Origin: Escherichia coli
GTDB taxonomy: Bacteria > Pseudomonadota > Gammaproteobacteria > Enterobacterales > Enterobacteriaceae
Strand: one strand, 5' to 3'
Assembly: GCA_002099625.1 (NCBI GenBank)
Contig: GCA_002099625.1_4857.1
DNA length: 64,000 nucleotides
A program made the translations under genes and the position numbers. Within the stretch, counting starts at the first letter, position 1; each line of letters begins with the position of its first letter. The notes under the pieces are model-generated. The model saw only the letters and a list, made by a program, of their open reading frames with translations. It ran no database searches and was not told the DNA's origin. Below, piece after piece: positions 39,469-47,657 of this stretch.

Positions 39469-40789
39469 TAGCGAACAGCAAATCCAGTACACACCACGCA
39501 CGTATCAGGTTGTGACTAACCTGTCATGTAACCTGGACTGCGAATACTGCTACGAGCGTAAATATCCGCGTAACAACAAAGTAGCAGACGTGATTGATTT
39601 TATCCACGCTTGTTTCGAGCGTGATAAAGATATCCCGAACGTTGAAGTCATCATCGATATCATCGGTGGTGAGCCGTTCATGCAGCCTAAACTTCTTTTG
39701 GCGGCCTTTGAAACCGCAGAGAAGTTATGCGCAGAACACAATCGCCCGTATATGTTCAGTATCTCCACGAACGGTACGCTTCTGGACCGTCCGCTGAACA
39801 AAGAAATTATCGAGCGCTGGAAAGACAAACTGTCTATTGGGGTCTCCATCGATGGTTTACCTGAAGTCCATGACAAATATCGTATCTTTACCACGACGCG
39901 TGAAGGGTCGTACGAAGCTGCGGTACGCGGTTACAATTATCTGAAGAGTGTTGGCATCGCTGAACTGGGCGTAAAAGCGACGTTTACGATCGATACATTG
40001 CCGCACTATGCCGCCAGCATGAAATCGTTAATTGACATGTCCGGCGGTGGTACCATTTCTGGTAATGTAACGTACGAAGATATCCTGCCGCGCCATATGG
40101 CGTTGGATATCGCGAACCAGATGATGGACGTGATGGACTACTGGATTGAGAAGGGTCTGCACACCAACCCGCGTAACACGATTACACACATCATCCCGGA
40201 TGGCCTGAACTTTATGGCAACTTGGGACCCGGATTGGCGTGACAAACTCTTGCACGACGACTCTGTTCGTCTCGACCCAGAACGCCTGAAACCGTACTGC
40301 GGTACGTTGACGCACATGACCTGTCTCGGCTTTGATCGCAAGATTTACGGTTGTAACCGTTTCATGTCCACGGTAACTTCCCGCTCTGCTGTAGCGGAAC
40401 TGGTCGGTCGTGAGTTTGTGAGTCTGGACGGTGGTAAGCTGTTAGAAGAGATTCAAACGCAGTACACCAACTACCCAGAAACCTGTTTAGGGTGTCCGAT
40501 GAAGCACAGCTGCGGTAGCTGCGCAGCAGCATCGTACGAAAACGGTGAAGGTACACTGGAAGACCGTAAAGCGTATCACGCCGAGCGTCGTCAGTGTGGT
40601 TGGACTACTGCGAAGCTGATGGCGGCGGAATATTGGTATCAAAAAACTGGTACGACTCGCGCATCAGATTTGCACGATAAATCCATGTGCTATTGTTCAC
40701 GTTGTGTACGCCAACGTGCCGAAGCAGAAAAATTACAAAACGGAGCCCAGAATGAAGTCAATACTGATTCACAATTTTACGAAGCGTAA
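39461..40789 (+). CDS. radical SAM enzyme 2 with SPASM-like C-terminal domain (442 aa)
   Basis: CNLDCEYC (C-x3-C-x2-C); IIGGEPF; C-terminal Cys cluster CGTLTHMTC...C...CLGCPMKHSCGSC typical of SPASM/twitch; start overlaps rSAM1 stop by 8 nt. Confidence 0.8.
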   Translation: MSNSEQQIQYTPRTYQVVTNLSCNLDCEYCYERKYPRNNKVADVIDFIHACFERDKDIPNVEVIIDIIGGEPFMQPKLLLAAFETAEKLCAEHNRPYMFSISTNGTLLDRPLNKEIIERWKDKLSIGVSIDGLPEVHDKYRIFTTTREGSYEAAVRGYNYLKSVGIAELGVKATFTIDTLPHYAASMKSLIDMSGGGTISGNVTYEDILPRHMALDIANQMMDVMDYWIEKGLHTNPRNTITHIIPDGLNFMATWDPDWRDKLLHDDSVRLDPERLKPYCGTLTHMTCLGFDRKIYGCNRFMSTVTSRSAVAELVGREFVSLDGGKLLEEIQTQYTNYPETCLGCPMKHSCGSCAAASYENGEGTLEDRKAYHAERRQCGWTTAKLMAAEYWYQKTGTTRASDLHDKSMCYCSRCVRQRAEAEKLQNGAQNEVNTDSQFYEA

Positions 40790-41318
40790 ACTGCACTTGG
40801 TCGATCGCTTCCTGCGCAAAAGCAAGCTGTACAATGTGCACGCAATTGTGGCAGGGGAAGACTTCACTGATGAAATCCAAAGCCTGTTGATTAAATACGG
40901 GCTGAATGTGATGATCCCGGTCTACTGCGTTGAGAAAGGACACGAGTCTGTCGCGGAAATCGAAAAGCGCAACCCTGGCTTTGAGAAGCGACTGCTTGCA
41001 TACCCACGCCACAAAATCGAACTGCTACGTCACTCTATTGATGAAGCCAGTCCTGAAAGTTTAGTGGCATTGGGCTTGTCATTCCCGCGGATGCGTATTC
41101 GTAACTTACGCTCCAATAACCCGGTTGACGCTTATTACACAGAACGTCAAATCTTCGAAGAACACCTGCTCCCGCAGTTGGAAGAAGAAGAGCAACACAA
41201 CATTTCTCTGTTGTGGGCCGGTAACCTCGATCAGGACTTCCAGATGCTGGACTTCGGTTTGTTGTTAGAACTTGGCCTGATTGAGGAGGACGAATGTCTG
41301 TTACTGACAAAAGCTTAA
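40752..41318 (+). CDS. hypothetical protein (188 aa from Met17)
   Basis: ACGGAG RBS before internal ATG; overlaps rSAM2 3' end. Confidence 0.55.
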   Translation: MKSILIHNFTKRKLHLVDRFLRKSKLYNVHAIVAGEDFTDEIQSLLIKYGLNVMIPVYCVEKGHESVAEIEKRNPGFEKRLLAYPRHKIELLRHSIDEASPESLVALGLSFPRMRIRNLRSNNPVDAYYTERQIFEEHLLPQLEEEEQHNISLLWAGNLDQDFQMLDFGLLLELGLIEEDECLLLTKA

Positions 41319-41965
41319 CGAACGAAGAGATCCGCGCCCGTTATTTCCAGCGCGATTTGCCGATTGATCGTCACGGTAATTTCATGGAACGAATCGGTGC
41401 GCAGGATCAGGGTCGTACTGGATTTTGTGCATTACTCCATTACCATCTCATCGAAGGGATGTCTGATAAAGAAGCCCTGGCACGCATGAAGCTGTATGAG
41501 ATGTCGGAGATTGAAGCTAACTTCACATTGAAACGCACGAAAGAGTTTATTGCTAATGTGCTGGAGATTGACCTCGACGAAATTCGCGGGAATCTGAAAT
41601 CTACCGCACGTTACATTTACGAAGACGTGCAGAAGATGCTGTTGGAACTTGACCATCGCTACGAAGATGAGCGCCATGGTTATATCGAGTTTGAAGGTAG
41701 CCACTTTCAAGCCGATGAATCGTCGCGTACCATCCTCGGTCAATATATTCAGGCGGATACCGCACCAGAATACTGGCTCGATACGCTGAATACTAAGCAC
41801 AGTCCGTTTACAGTAGACCAATGTAAAGCGTTGTTGGCCGCTATTGTTGCACGTGACCAAGTGTTGCACTCAGCAATGGCAGATAACAAACGCCAAATCC
41901 GTGAGTTGGCTGAAAAGCGCGATTACACTGGATTAAAAACATTGTCCGAATCTCTCGGCATGTAA
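41294..41965 (+). CDS. hypothetical protein (223 aa), last gene of operon
   Basis: GAGGAGGA RBS; followed by strong terminator. Confidence 0.6.
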   Translation: MSVTDKSLTNEEIRARYFQRDLPIDRHGNFMERIGAQDQGRTGFCALLHYHLIEGMSDKEALARMKLYEMSEIEANFTLKRTKEFIANVLEIDLDEIRGNLKSTARYIYEDVQKMLLELDHRYEDERHGYIEFEGSHFQADESSRTILGQYIQADTAPEYWLDTLNTKHSPFTVDQCKALLAAIVARDQVLHSAMADNKRQIRELAEKRDYTGLKTLSESLGM

Positions 41966-41967
41966 GC

Positions 41968-42024
41968 AAAGAAAATAAAGGCCCTACCTCCCCGAAGGGA
42001 GGTAGGTACCTTTTATTTATTTCT
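41968..42024. terminator. bidirectional rho-independent terminator (approx coords)
   Basis: 10-bp stem CCTACCTCCC/GGGAGGTAGG, GAA loop, A-run before and TTTTATTTATTT after. Confidence 0.7.
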
Positions 42025-42046
42025 TAGAAACTACTAAGTTGTTTTG

Positions 42047-42574
42047 TTAAACGAATCCGTCCAGTTCACCGTTGGTGGTGCTCAGGTCAGTTTTAACGAC
42101 TGGCTGCGTTACAGTATAAACTGCAAGGCTGGCAGGCTGGTATTTAATGTGGCCTTCTTTCACCTTAACAGTGATGATTTTCTCACCACTGTCGCCGTCC
42201 TCGCGTGTAATGGTGAGTTCAGACAATGCAAACGCATCTTCCGTTTTACCGGCAGCAATTAGATCTGCGTTGACAAAAGCAAGCACTTCTTCATCGGTAT
42301 CCCATTCTGCCTGGTCAGCGGTCACTGCTTTCGCACCGATAATGTTCAATGAATTGAGGCGGGTATAATGCAGCTCTTTCTCGCCAGTAAAGTTAGCGGA
42401 TTCCGCGGTGGCAGTGATGGTGAGTTTGGAGTTGCGAGTGTCTCCAGAATCTGCTGGTGAATAGTCGGCAACAGCGCCGAATGTAACGTCAGCAGAAGTT
42501 AACGGACTAGACAGTCCGCTGTTTGCAGCATTAAACAGCGCAACGAGTTGGTCTTTTGCAGAGATGACTGCCAT
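42047..42574 (-). CDS. small member of the fibre-like paralog family (175 aa) with C-terminal NGELDGF motif
   Basis: N-terminus MAVISAKDQLVALFNAAN resembles family N-termini; ends TTNGELDGFV; AAGGAA RBS. Confidence 0.65.
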   Translation of the reverse strand: MAVISAKDQLVALFNAANSGLSSPLTSADVTFGAVADYSPADSGDTRNSKLTITATAESANFTGEKELHYTRLNSLNIIGAKAVTADQAEWDTDEEVLAFVNADLIAAGKTEDAFALSELTITREDGDSGEKIITVKVKEGHIKYQPASLAVYTVTQPVVKTDLSTTNGELDGFV

Positions 42575-42697
42575 GGTTGTTTCCTTATAGTAGGTTTGTG
42601 GTGCATACTAAATCATTCTAAAAAATACATAGTGGGCTTAATATGACAGTAAAGTTGGCTGTTAAACAAGAAATTTTTTACCACTGAAAGGTACTCT

Positions 42698-43189
42698 ATG
42701 AAACGTCTATTTATCGTATTCGCGATTATAAACCTGTTGGCCGGTTGTGTTCAGTCGCCAAGCAACATAGGACAATTTAGCGCCACACCAGTAAAGAATC
42801 ACGACTTGGTGATTTATACATGCACAGGGACGCAGGAGAAGTTTATAGACTACCGTCCGGTTCTGGACAATCTACAGATGATGCCGCGGTCAGTAACAGT
42901 AATGGATGTGGGTGCAAACTGGGTAGCAACGTGGGACGGTGGCAAACTTGAGTCACCGATGATGTTTAAAGATGTGGTTGGCAAAATCGACGGGAATGTT
43001 AACACCACCACGGGCGAGCGTTATTACCGTATTAATAAAACAGCAAACGATAGCCCAACTTATTCTTTTTCGGATGTGAACCCACATACCGGGGAAGGTA
43101 AAGGGATGACATTCTTTCGCTGCAGCGCCGGCTTTATCGACGAAGTTCCTACGCCGATTATGATTGTTCCGTTAGAAGAAAATAAATAA
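42698..43189 (+). CDS. lipoprotein (163 aa)
   Basis: MKRLFIVFAIINLLAGC lipobox LAGC; isolated plus-strand gene with own terminator. Confidence 0.65.
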   Translation: MKRLFIVFAIINLLAGCVQSPSNIGQFSATPVKNHDLVIYTCTGTQEKFIDYRPVLDNLQMMPRSVTVMDVGANWVATWDGGKLESPMMFKDVVGKIDGNVNTTTGERYYRINKTANDSPTYSFSDVNPHTGEGKGMTFFRCSAGFIDEVPTPIMIVPLEENK

Positions 43190-43234
43190 TGCTTACCCAC
43201 TCCCGTAAGGGGAGTGGGTATGGGCTTTATTTAC
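43186..43234 (+). terminator. rho-independent terminator (approx coords)
   Basis: Stem ACCCACTCCC/GGGAGTGGGT, loop GTAA, followed by GGGCTTTATTT. Confidence 0.6.
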
Positions 43235-43239
43235 CCTCT

Positions 43240-43285
43240 AAAACGCTCTGTAACGCTCTCTAAACGCATTAAACGTCTTGGATGA
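43240..43285. repeat. four tandem ~10-bp direct repeats, core AACGC (approx coords)
   Basis: CTAAAACGCTCTG / TAACGCTCTC / TAAACGCATT / AAACGTCTTG in convergent intergenic region. Confidence 0.3.
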
Positions 43286-43314
43286 TAAATGATATTACTT
43301 TTGATTAAAGTGGC

Positions 43315-43830
43315 TTAGATTTTAACTAGCTTGCTCCAATCGATGGGTTGTTGTTTAACCACTTTAACGGTACCACGTGTCGGTGACCAGAAAGTGATAT
43401 CAGGCTGGTTGCGTACGTCAACATGCAGCCAGGTAATATCGCACTCGATAAAGTGAATAAACGGAAACTCGTTAGGGTTCGCGGCAATATAGTCGTGTAC
43501 TTTCTGCAACGGAGTATCAAGCATTGTTGCATCAAACGCATTGCCGAATTTATGCATACTGCCTGATTCCGCGTACAGTTTGTTTGCACGAGTTTGCCAA
43601 TCGCCACCCTTTGGTTTCTCTTGATTAATAAAGAACTGCAGGGTACGCAGACTACGCTGTTGCTGGGAACTGGTTAAAATCACCATCCGCCCAAAACGAT
43701 TACGAATCTGTTGGAGCGAGATTAGCAGTAACGGATTAAGGAAACGAATAGCACCTTCACCGTATTTCGCGATGTACTCCTGCGGCATCAACTCTTTTAA
43801 CGCGAAGTTGGCAGGATTCGGATGAAACAT
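43315..43830 (-). CDS. LAS-type zinc peptidase (peptidase M15-like; candidate endolysin L-alanyl-D-glutamate peptidase)
   Basis: SMHKFGNAFDA matches S-x-H-x-x-G-x-A-x-D zinc-binding block; downstream LHVDVR (H-x-D); AAGGAG RBS. Confidence 0.6.
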   Translation of the reverse strand: MFHPNPANFALKELMPQEYIAKYGEGAIRFLNPLLLISLQQIRNRFGRMVILTSSQQQRSLRTLQFFINQEKPKGGDWQTRANKLYAESGSMHKFGNAFDATMLDTPLQKVHDYIAANPNEFPFIHFIECDITWLHVDVRNQPDITFWSPTRGTVKVVKQQPIDWSKLVKI

Positions 43831-43839
43831 TTTCTCTCC

Positions 43840-44481
43840 TTAAGGGGTAGTCAGGAACGCACGTTTGATATTCAAATACTGCACGTTTACCGGTTGCCCA
43901 TTAGTAATGTCAACACGTTCGTGTTCAGGAATCGCTAACGTACGCGACGTTCTAAAGAACAGGTAGTTGCGATTATAGGACAACGTCTTTTCTACCGGCC
44001 GGCTATAAACCACCTTAGAGTTATCGTCTACATAGGACGGCCAACCAAACTCGTGAACGGCATGGTAGAAGGACTTACGAATAAAGGTATCAACGCCTAA
44101 TGCCTCCATGATACGTAAGAACATCAGGTCAGCGAATGTTTTGTCACATGCACGAGATAGATTACCTTCGACAGTGTCAGGGTAAAAGCCTACCGATGAA
44201 CGTTTCTGGTAAAACAAATCATGCACACAAGCGGCAGCGGCCCAAGGCCCATCCGGATGCAGGATAGGACGTAACGCTTCTGGAATGCTTGCCAGGTCCG
44301 TCACAAATCCTCTCGGTACCGTTACCCATAACGGGGTATCCGGATGCACACCTGCTAATGCTACCATCGCATCCATTCCGGTCTGTTCACGATAGAGGCT
44401 GCGCAACGTAAACTCGAAATGGAAATCATCCGTGAGGATAAACCACGGCTTCTCTAACAACTTATACTCAAGTGCTTCCAT
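43840..44481 (-). CDS. hypothetical protein, DUF1353-like (213 aa)
   Basis: Motif PRGFVTDLASIP...HDLFY reminiscent of DUF1353 phage proteins; GTGAGG RBS. Confidence 0.5.
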   Translation of the reverse strand: MEALEYKLLEKPWFILTDDFHFEFTLRSLYREQTGMDAMVALAGVHPDTPLWVTVPRGFVTDLASIPEALRPILHPDGPWAAAACVHDLFYQKRSSVGFYPDTVEGNLSRACDKTFADLMFLRIMEALGVDTFIRKSFYHAVHEFGWPSYVDDNSKVVYSRPVEKTLSYNRNYLFFRTSRTLAIPEHERVDITNGQPVNVQYLNIKRAFLTTP

Positions 44482-44488
44482 ACTGACC

Positions 44489-44581
44489 TCACGTCATATA
44501 ACGCACGAGCATCGTGAGGACCATTAATCCCAGTAAAATGGGCATTAAGCCTTTCGGCCAGTCGTCGTTGTCGTATTGCAT
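44489..44581 (-). CDS. possible small TM peptide (30 aa; approx coords)
   Basis: GGAGGG RBS 7 nt before ATG; MQYDNDDWPKGLMPILLGLMVLTMLVRYMT has one hydrophobic helix; below ORF-track size cutoff. Confidence 0.25.
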   Translation of the reverse strand: MQYDNDDWPKGLMPILLGLMVLTMLVRYMT

Positions 44582-44697
44582 GGCTTTACCCTCCGACAGA
44601 AGATCGCGCGTAATAGTTTGAAGAACCCAGAATCGTAATACGTTTCCGGAACGGTTTGTACTTCGGGGAACTTAGGCGGAGTTGGACGGTGGGTCAT
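44545..44697 (-). CDS. possible small protein (50 aa; approx coords)
   Basis: AAGGAG RBS 8 nt before ATG; overlaps neighbouring small ORFs out of frame. Confidence 0.2.
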   Translation of the reverse strand: MTHRPTPPKFPEVQTVPETYYDSGFFKLLRAIFCRRVKPCNTTTTTGRKA

Positions 44698-44773
44698 TAC
44701 GTTTTCTCCTTGCGGCAAAAACAAGGGCGCGCCAGATAGCTTTCATTAAGGCAGCAAACCAATTCTGTTTCAT
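44672..44773 (-). CDS. possible small basic/amphipathic peptide (33 aa; approx coords)
   Basis: ATG overlaps the lysozyme-gene stop (ATGA); MKQNWFAALMKAIWRALVFAARRKR. Confidence 0.2.
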   Translation of the reverse strand: MKQNWFAALMKAIWRALVFAARRKRNDPPSNSA

Positions 44774-45387
44774 TTGCACACCCCCAACTTAGCCACGTAG
44801 TCTGGCATTTCATGATAGACGCGGCCATACCAGCCGTAAGTAAACTCTTCGTTATCCTCACGCCCTTCACTGATTTCCGTGTAATACGCAACCTGATGAC
44901 AGGTTAAAGCGAACATCAGTCGATTCAGGCCCTCTTCCCCACGGGCTTTGATGAAGCCTTCTAACGCTGTTAACGTACGTGGCCCGATACCACCATCGGC
45001 ATCGATATCATCGTATAGTTTACCCTGACGGTTTAATACGTTCAGAATACGTTGCAGGGACTTGATACAGTTACCGCGTCCTGCGTTAATGCCGAAATCA
45101 AACATTCGGTCAGCTAGCAGGACATTCATTTTCATAATCTGGTCTAAACGCATTCGCTGCCACCAGAGCTTGTTGTAAATGTCTAACGCGATTTCTAAGC
45201 TCAGGTCACGCATATCCCCTTTATAGCCATATTCGCGCGCAGTGAGTTCGGTGACACCGCGGTTCGTTGCTTTGCCCAAATCTTTCGGGTTATTAACGTA
45301 ACCGGCTTCGATGTTTACTTTGGCACGAATAATGCCCTCTTTACTCCAACGATCGACCACGATAACCTCCTGAGTTGATAGGGTCAT
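44770..45387 (-). CDS. GH108-like lysozyme with C-terminal PG_binding_3-like domain (206 aa from Met13; candidate endolysin)
   Basis: EAGYVNNPKDLGKATNRGVTELT resembles the GH108 E-G-G-Y-V-N-D-P-x-D-x-G-G-x-T block; DADGGIGPRTLTAL resembles the D-G-x-x-G-P-x-T PG-binding motif; track start lies inside terminator hairpin, Met13 follows it. Confidence 0.65.
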   Translation of the reverse strand: MTLSTQEVIVVDRWSKEGIIRAKVNIEAGYVNNPKDLGKATNRGVTELTAREYGYKGDMRDLSLEIALDIYNKLWWQRMRLDQIMKMNVLLADRMFDFGINAGRGNCIKSLQRILNVLNRQGKLYDDIDADGGIGPRTLTALEGFIKARGEEGLNRLMFALTCHQVAYYTEISEGREDNEEFTYGWYGRVYHEMPDYVAKLGVCK

Positions 45388-45389
45388 AA

Positions 45390-45420
45390 AAAGAAAGCCT
45401 CTTCCCCACAGGGAAGAGGG
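45390..45420 (-). terminator. rho-independent terminator (approx coords)
   Basis: Stem CCTCTTCCC/GGGAAGAGG, loop CACA, T-rich tail on minus strand. Confidence 0.5.
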
Positions 45421-45465
45421 CATGGGTTATCTTCAGGCTTTAAACCCGTCAAGTTCCTCGTTAAA

Positions 45466-47643
45466 TTACGATAACGGTATCGTTGGCCGCACCCACGGTT
45501 TAGGGGCAGATTTGGTATACGGATTACATTCCATCATTTTACCGAGATACGCATCGTAATACACGAAGCGATCGACGTAGAACTTCTCCACCGGTGCACT
45601 ACTGGTAGCCGATTTCACCCGGTTGCGTTCCACAGCGAGGCTAATCGCCCCGGTAGGTGCGGGTTTTAGCGTGAACATTACCGCGCGGTTGTAACGCCAA
45701 GTGTCGTGCACAATATCAAACTCCGATACACAGTGTGCCATGATACCAAACAATGTGGTGGCTGGTAAGTTGGCTACAGCATCGCCGTATGGTGTTCCCA
45801 CCAAACCGCCGGGTATGTTTTGCTTTTTGAACAGCGTACCTGAAATAATCGTACCTAAGAACTCCACAACTACAGGTTTGGTTGGGTCGGTGACTTTATC
45901 TATCCCATCCGCACTGGCCAATCGGTTGGCATCTAAATCTGCGAGGTAGTCGAGGAACTCTTGGTACTCGTCGGTGACATTCGGTTTCACCGTTCCGACG
46001 GATACCCAGTTGACGATACTTTTATTCCCACCGACGGCTTCGCCTGCCATCCCAGGGCGAGTCCATGACATCCCGTCTTCACGACCGTAGACATAGACTG
46101 GCGAGCCGGTAGCCGGGGTGTTCCATTGCTCGAACGCTGTATATCGTCCCGGCTGGCCCCAATCCCCACCCGGACCGCCATAGTAGCGACTCTGGTAGCC
46201 GGTAAATTGTGCGACGACTAACTGGGTAGCACCGCCTTTGTCACGGGACCCAGCTAAGCCGTTACGGTTATTGGTGCCGCTGGGCACCGCCGCGCCTGGC
46301 CCGAGAGGCGCACCACCAGCTCCACCGATCTTGGTGGTGCTAAACGCATAGTAGTCGCCCCCACCCCCACCACCGGCGATGGTGCCGTAGTTTTCGATGG
46401 TGACTTTGCCGCGGAAGGTATCGGTAATGTGGATTGCGTCAGCTCCGTCTGCTGATGTGTTCGCAGGCAGAGAATAGACCATACCCGAACCACCACGACC
46501 AAGAATGGTTCCCCGGTTAACGAAGTTCCAAACCACCTCGCCAATTTGCGGCAATTCGTCGATAACGAACGTCGGTTTCAGGTTGCTGTCGCGATAAACG
46601 AAAGCCCCCGCATCTACGGTCACGTTAACAAACAAACGCCCGCACGCCGCATGGTTGGTCAACGTTGTGGCCCAGTAGCTGTCCGAAACTTGCGACGTGG
46701 TTGTGTAATTCAGGTTAAGGGTTTGCTCGTTATCTTGATAGCGTGCCACATTCAACGTGGCACTGCCCATGACTTTGTACGAACCCTCCACGGGTGCCAA
46801 TTGCACTTGTCTTGGCCACTCGCCTGTCAAGTTCTCTACAGGAGCAATTTCGTTTACATCAAAAACACTCCGAATGCCGAGTGTCTCGATGGCCAGAGCA
46901 TCGTGCAGGCTACCGGTGAAATCATCCGGGACGTATGTGGTTTTGCCTGCATATGTCTCGAGTTTGTTACGTGAAAAGAACACATACTTCGTCCCAAACA
47001 TCCCGCTCCCCGGTCTAGCGGTCAAAGCCACGACGCTGTTATACGCAGAGGTTTGGCCTATATCCTCCGGGGACATCGGGGCGCTGACATCGACTTTATC
47101 AAGATCCACGATCCGTTTGGCTGCATTAGAGTAGAAGTTAATCCACTGCTGTTTATTCGCAGCCTTTAGCGTGAGAATGATATTGGTAACAGTGTAGACG
47201 GTGTTGATATCCACGTCGCCGTTTATCACATCTAGCGTTTGGCTGCCGTACCAGACAAGACTTGTCTGTTTCGCCTGGAACGTGATGCGCGCAGCATTGT
47301 TTGTCCAAGTGATAGGCAGGTCTTCAAAGTCGTCGGTTAAAAAGGTAATCCCCAGTAAAGTGTCTAAATGCGGCAACAGTTCGTGAATGGATGCACAAGT
47401 GGGAATGGCATCCAACTTAACCTTAGCGAAATAATCAGCAATATTTTGCTTCGTGACTTGGGCCGTAATTTGACCGTAACTTGAATACCCCGGACCCCCT
47501 GTCAGTGTGACGTCTAGGGTTTTTTCGTCATGATGCTCCACGGACACCAGGCGAACGTTAGCGGGGTCTACTGCTTTGGCGACCGCGTTTTTACGGTTGA
47601 GCGACCGAATCACGGTCGCCACTAAATCAGGAGTGTAGGACAT
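45466..47643 (-). CDS. fibre-like paralog family member, long form with Gly-rich region (725 aa)
   Basis: AAGGTG RBS; family-type N-terminus; Gly-rich segment GGGGGGDYY...GGAGGAPLGPGAAVPSG. Confidence 0.75.
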   Translation of the reverse strand: MSYTPDLVATVIRSLNRKNAVAKAVDPANVRLVSVEHHDEKTLDVTLTGGPGYSSYGQITAQVTKQNIADYFAKVKLDAIPTCASIHELLPHLDTLLGITFLTDDFEDLPITWTNNAARITFQAKQTSLVWYGSQTLDVINGDVDINTVYTVTNIILTLKAANKQQWINFYSNAAKRIVDLDKVDVSAPMSPEDIGQTSAYNSVVALTARPGSGMFGTKYVFFSRNKLETYAGKTTYVPDDFTGSLHDALAIETLGIRSVFDVNEIAPVENLTGEWPRQVQLAPVEGSYKVMGSATLNVARYQDNEQTLNLNYTTTSQVSDSYWATTLTNHAACGRLFVNVTVDAGAFVYRDSNLKPTFVIDELPQIGEVVWNFVNRGTILGRGGSGMVYSLPANTSADGADAIHITDTFRGKVTIENYGTIAGGGGGGDYYAFSTTKIGGAGGAPLGPGAAVPSGTNNRNGLAGSRDKGGATQLVVAQFTGYQSRYYGGPGGDWGQPGRYTAFEQWNTPATGSPVYVYGREDGMSWTRPGMAGEAVGGNKSIVNWVSVGTVKPNVTDEYQEFLDYLADLDANRLASADGIDKVTDPTKPVVVEFLGTIISGTLFKKQNIPGGLVGTPYGDAVANLPATTLFGIMAHCVSEFDIVHDTWRYNRAVMFTLKPAPTGAISLAVERNRVKSATSSAPVEKFYVDRFVYYDAYLGKMMECNPYTKSAPKPWVRPTIPLS

Positions 47644-47657
47644 GGTGACACCTTAGT

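Noticed and set aside
44697-44891. Minus-strand ORF 44697..44891 (64 aa)
   Set aside because: Embedded in the 3' end of the GH108-like gene in another frame; the downstream mini-ORFs have better RBS support.
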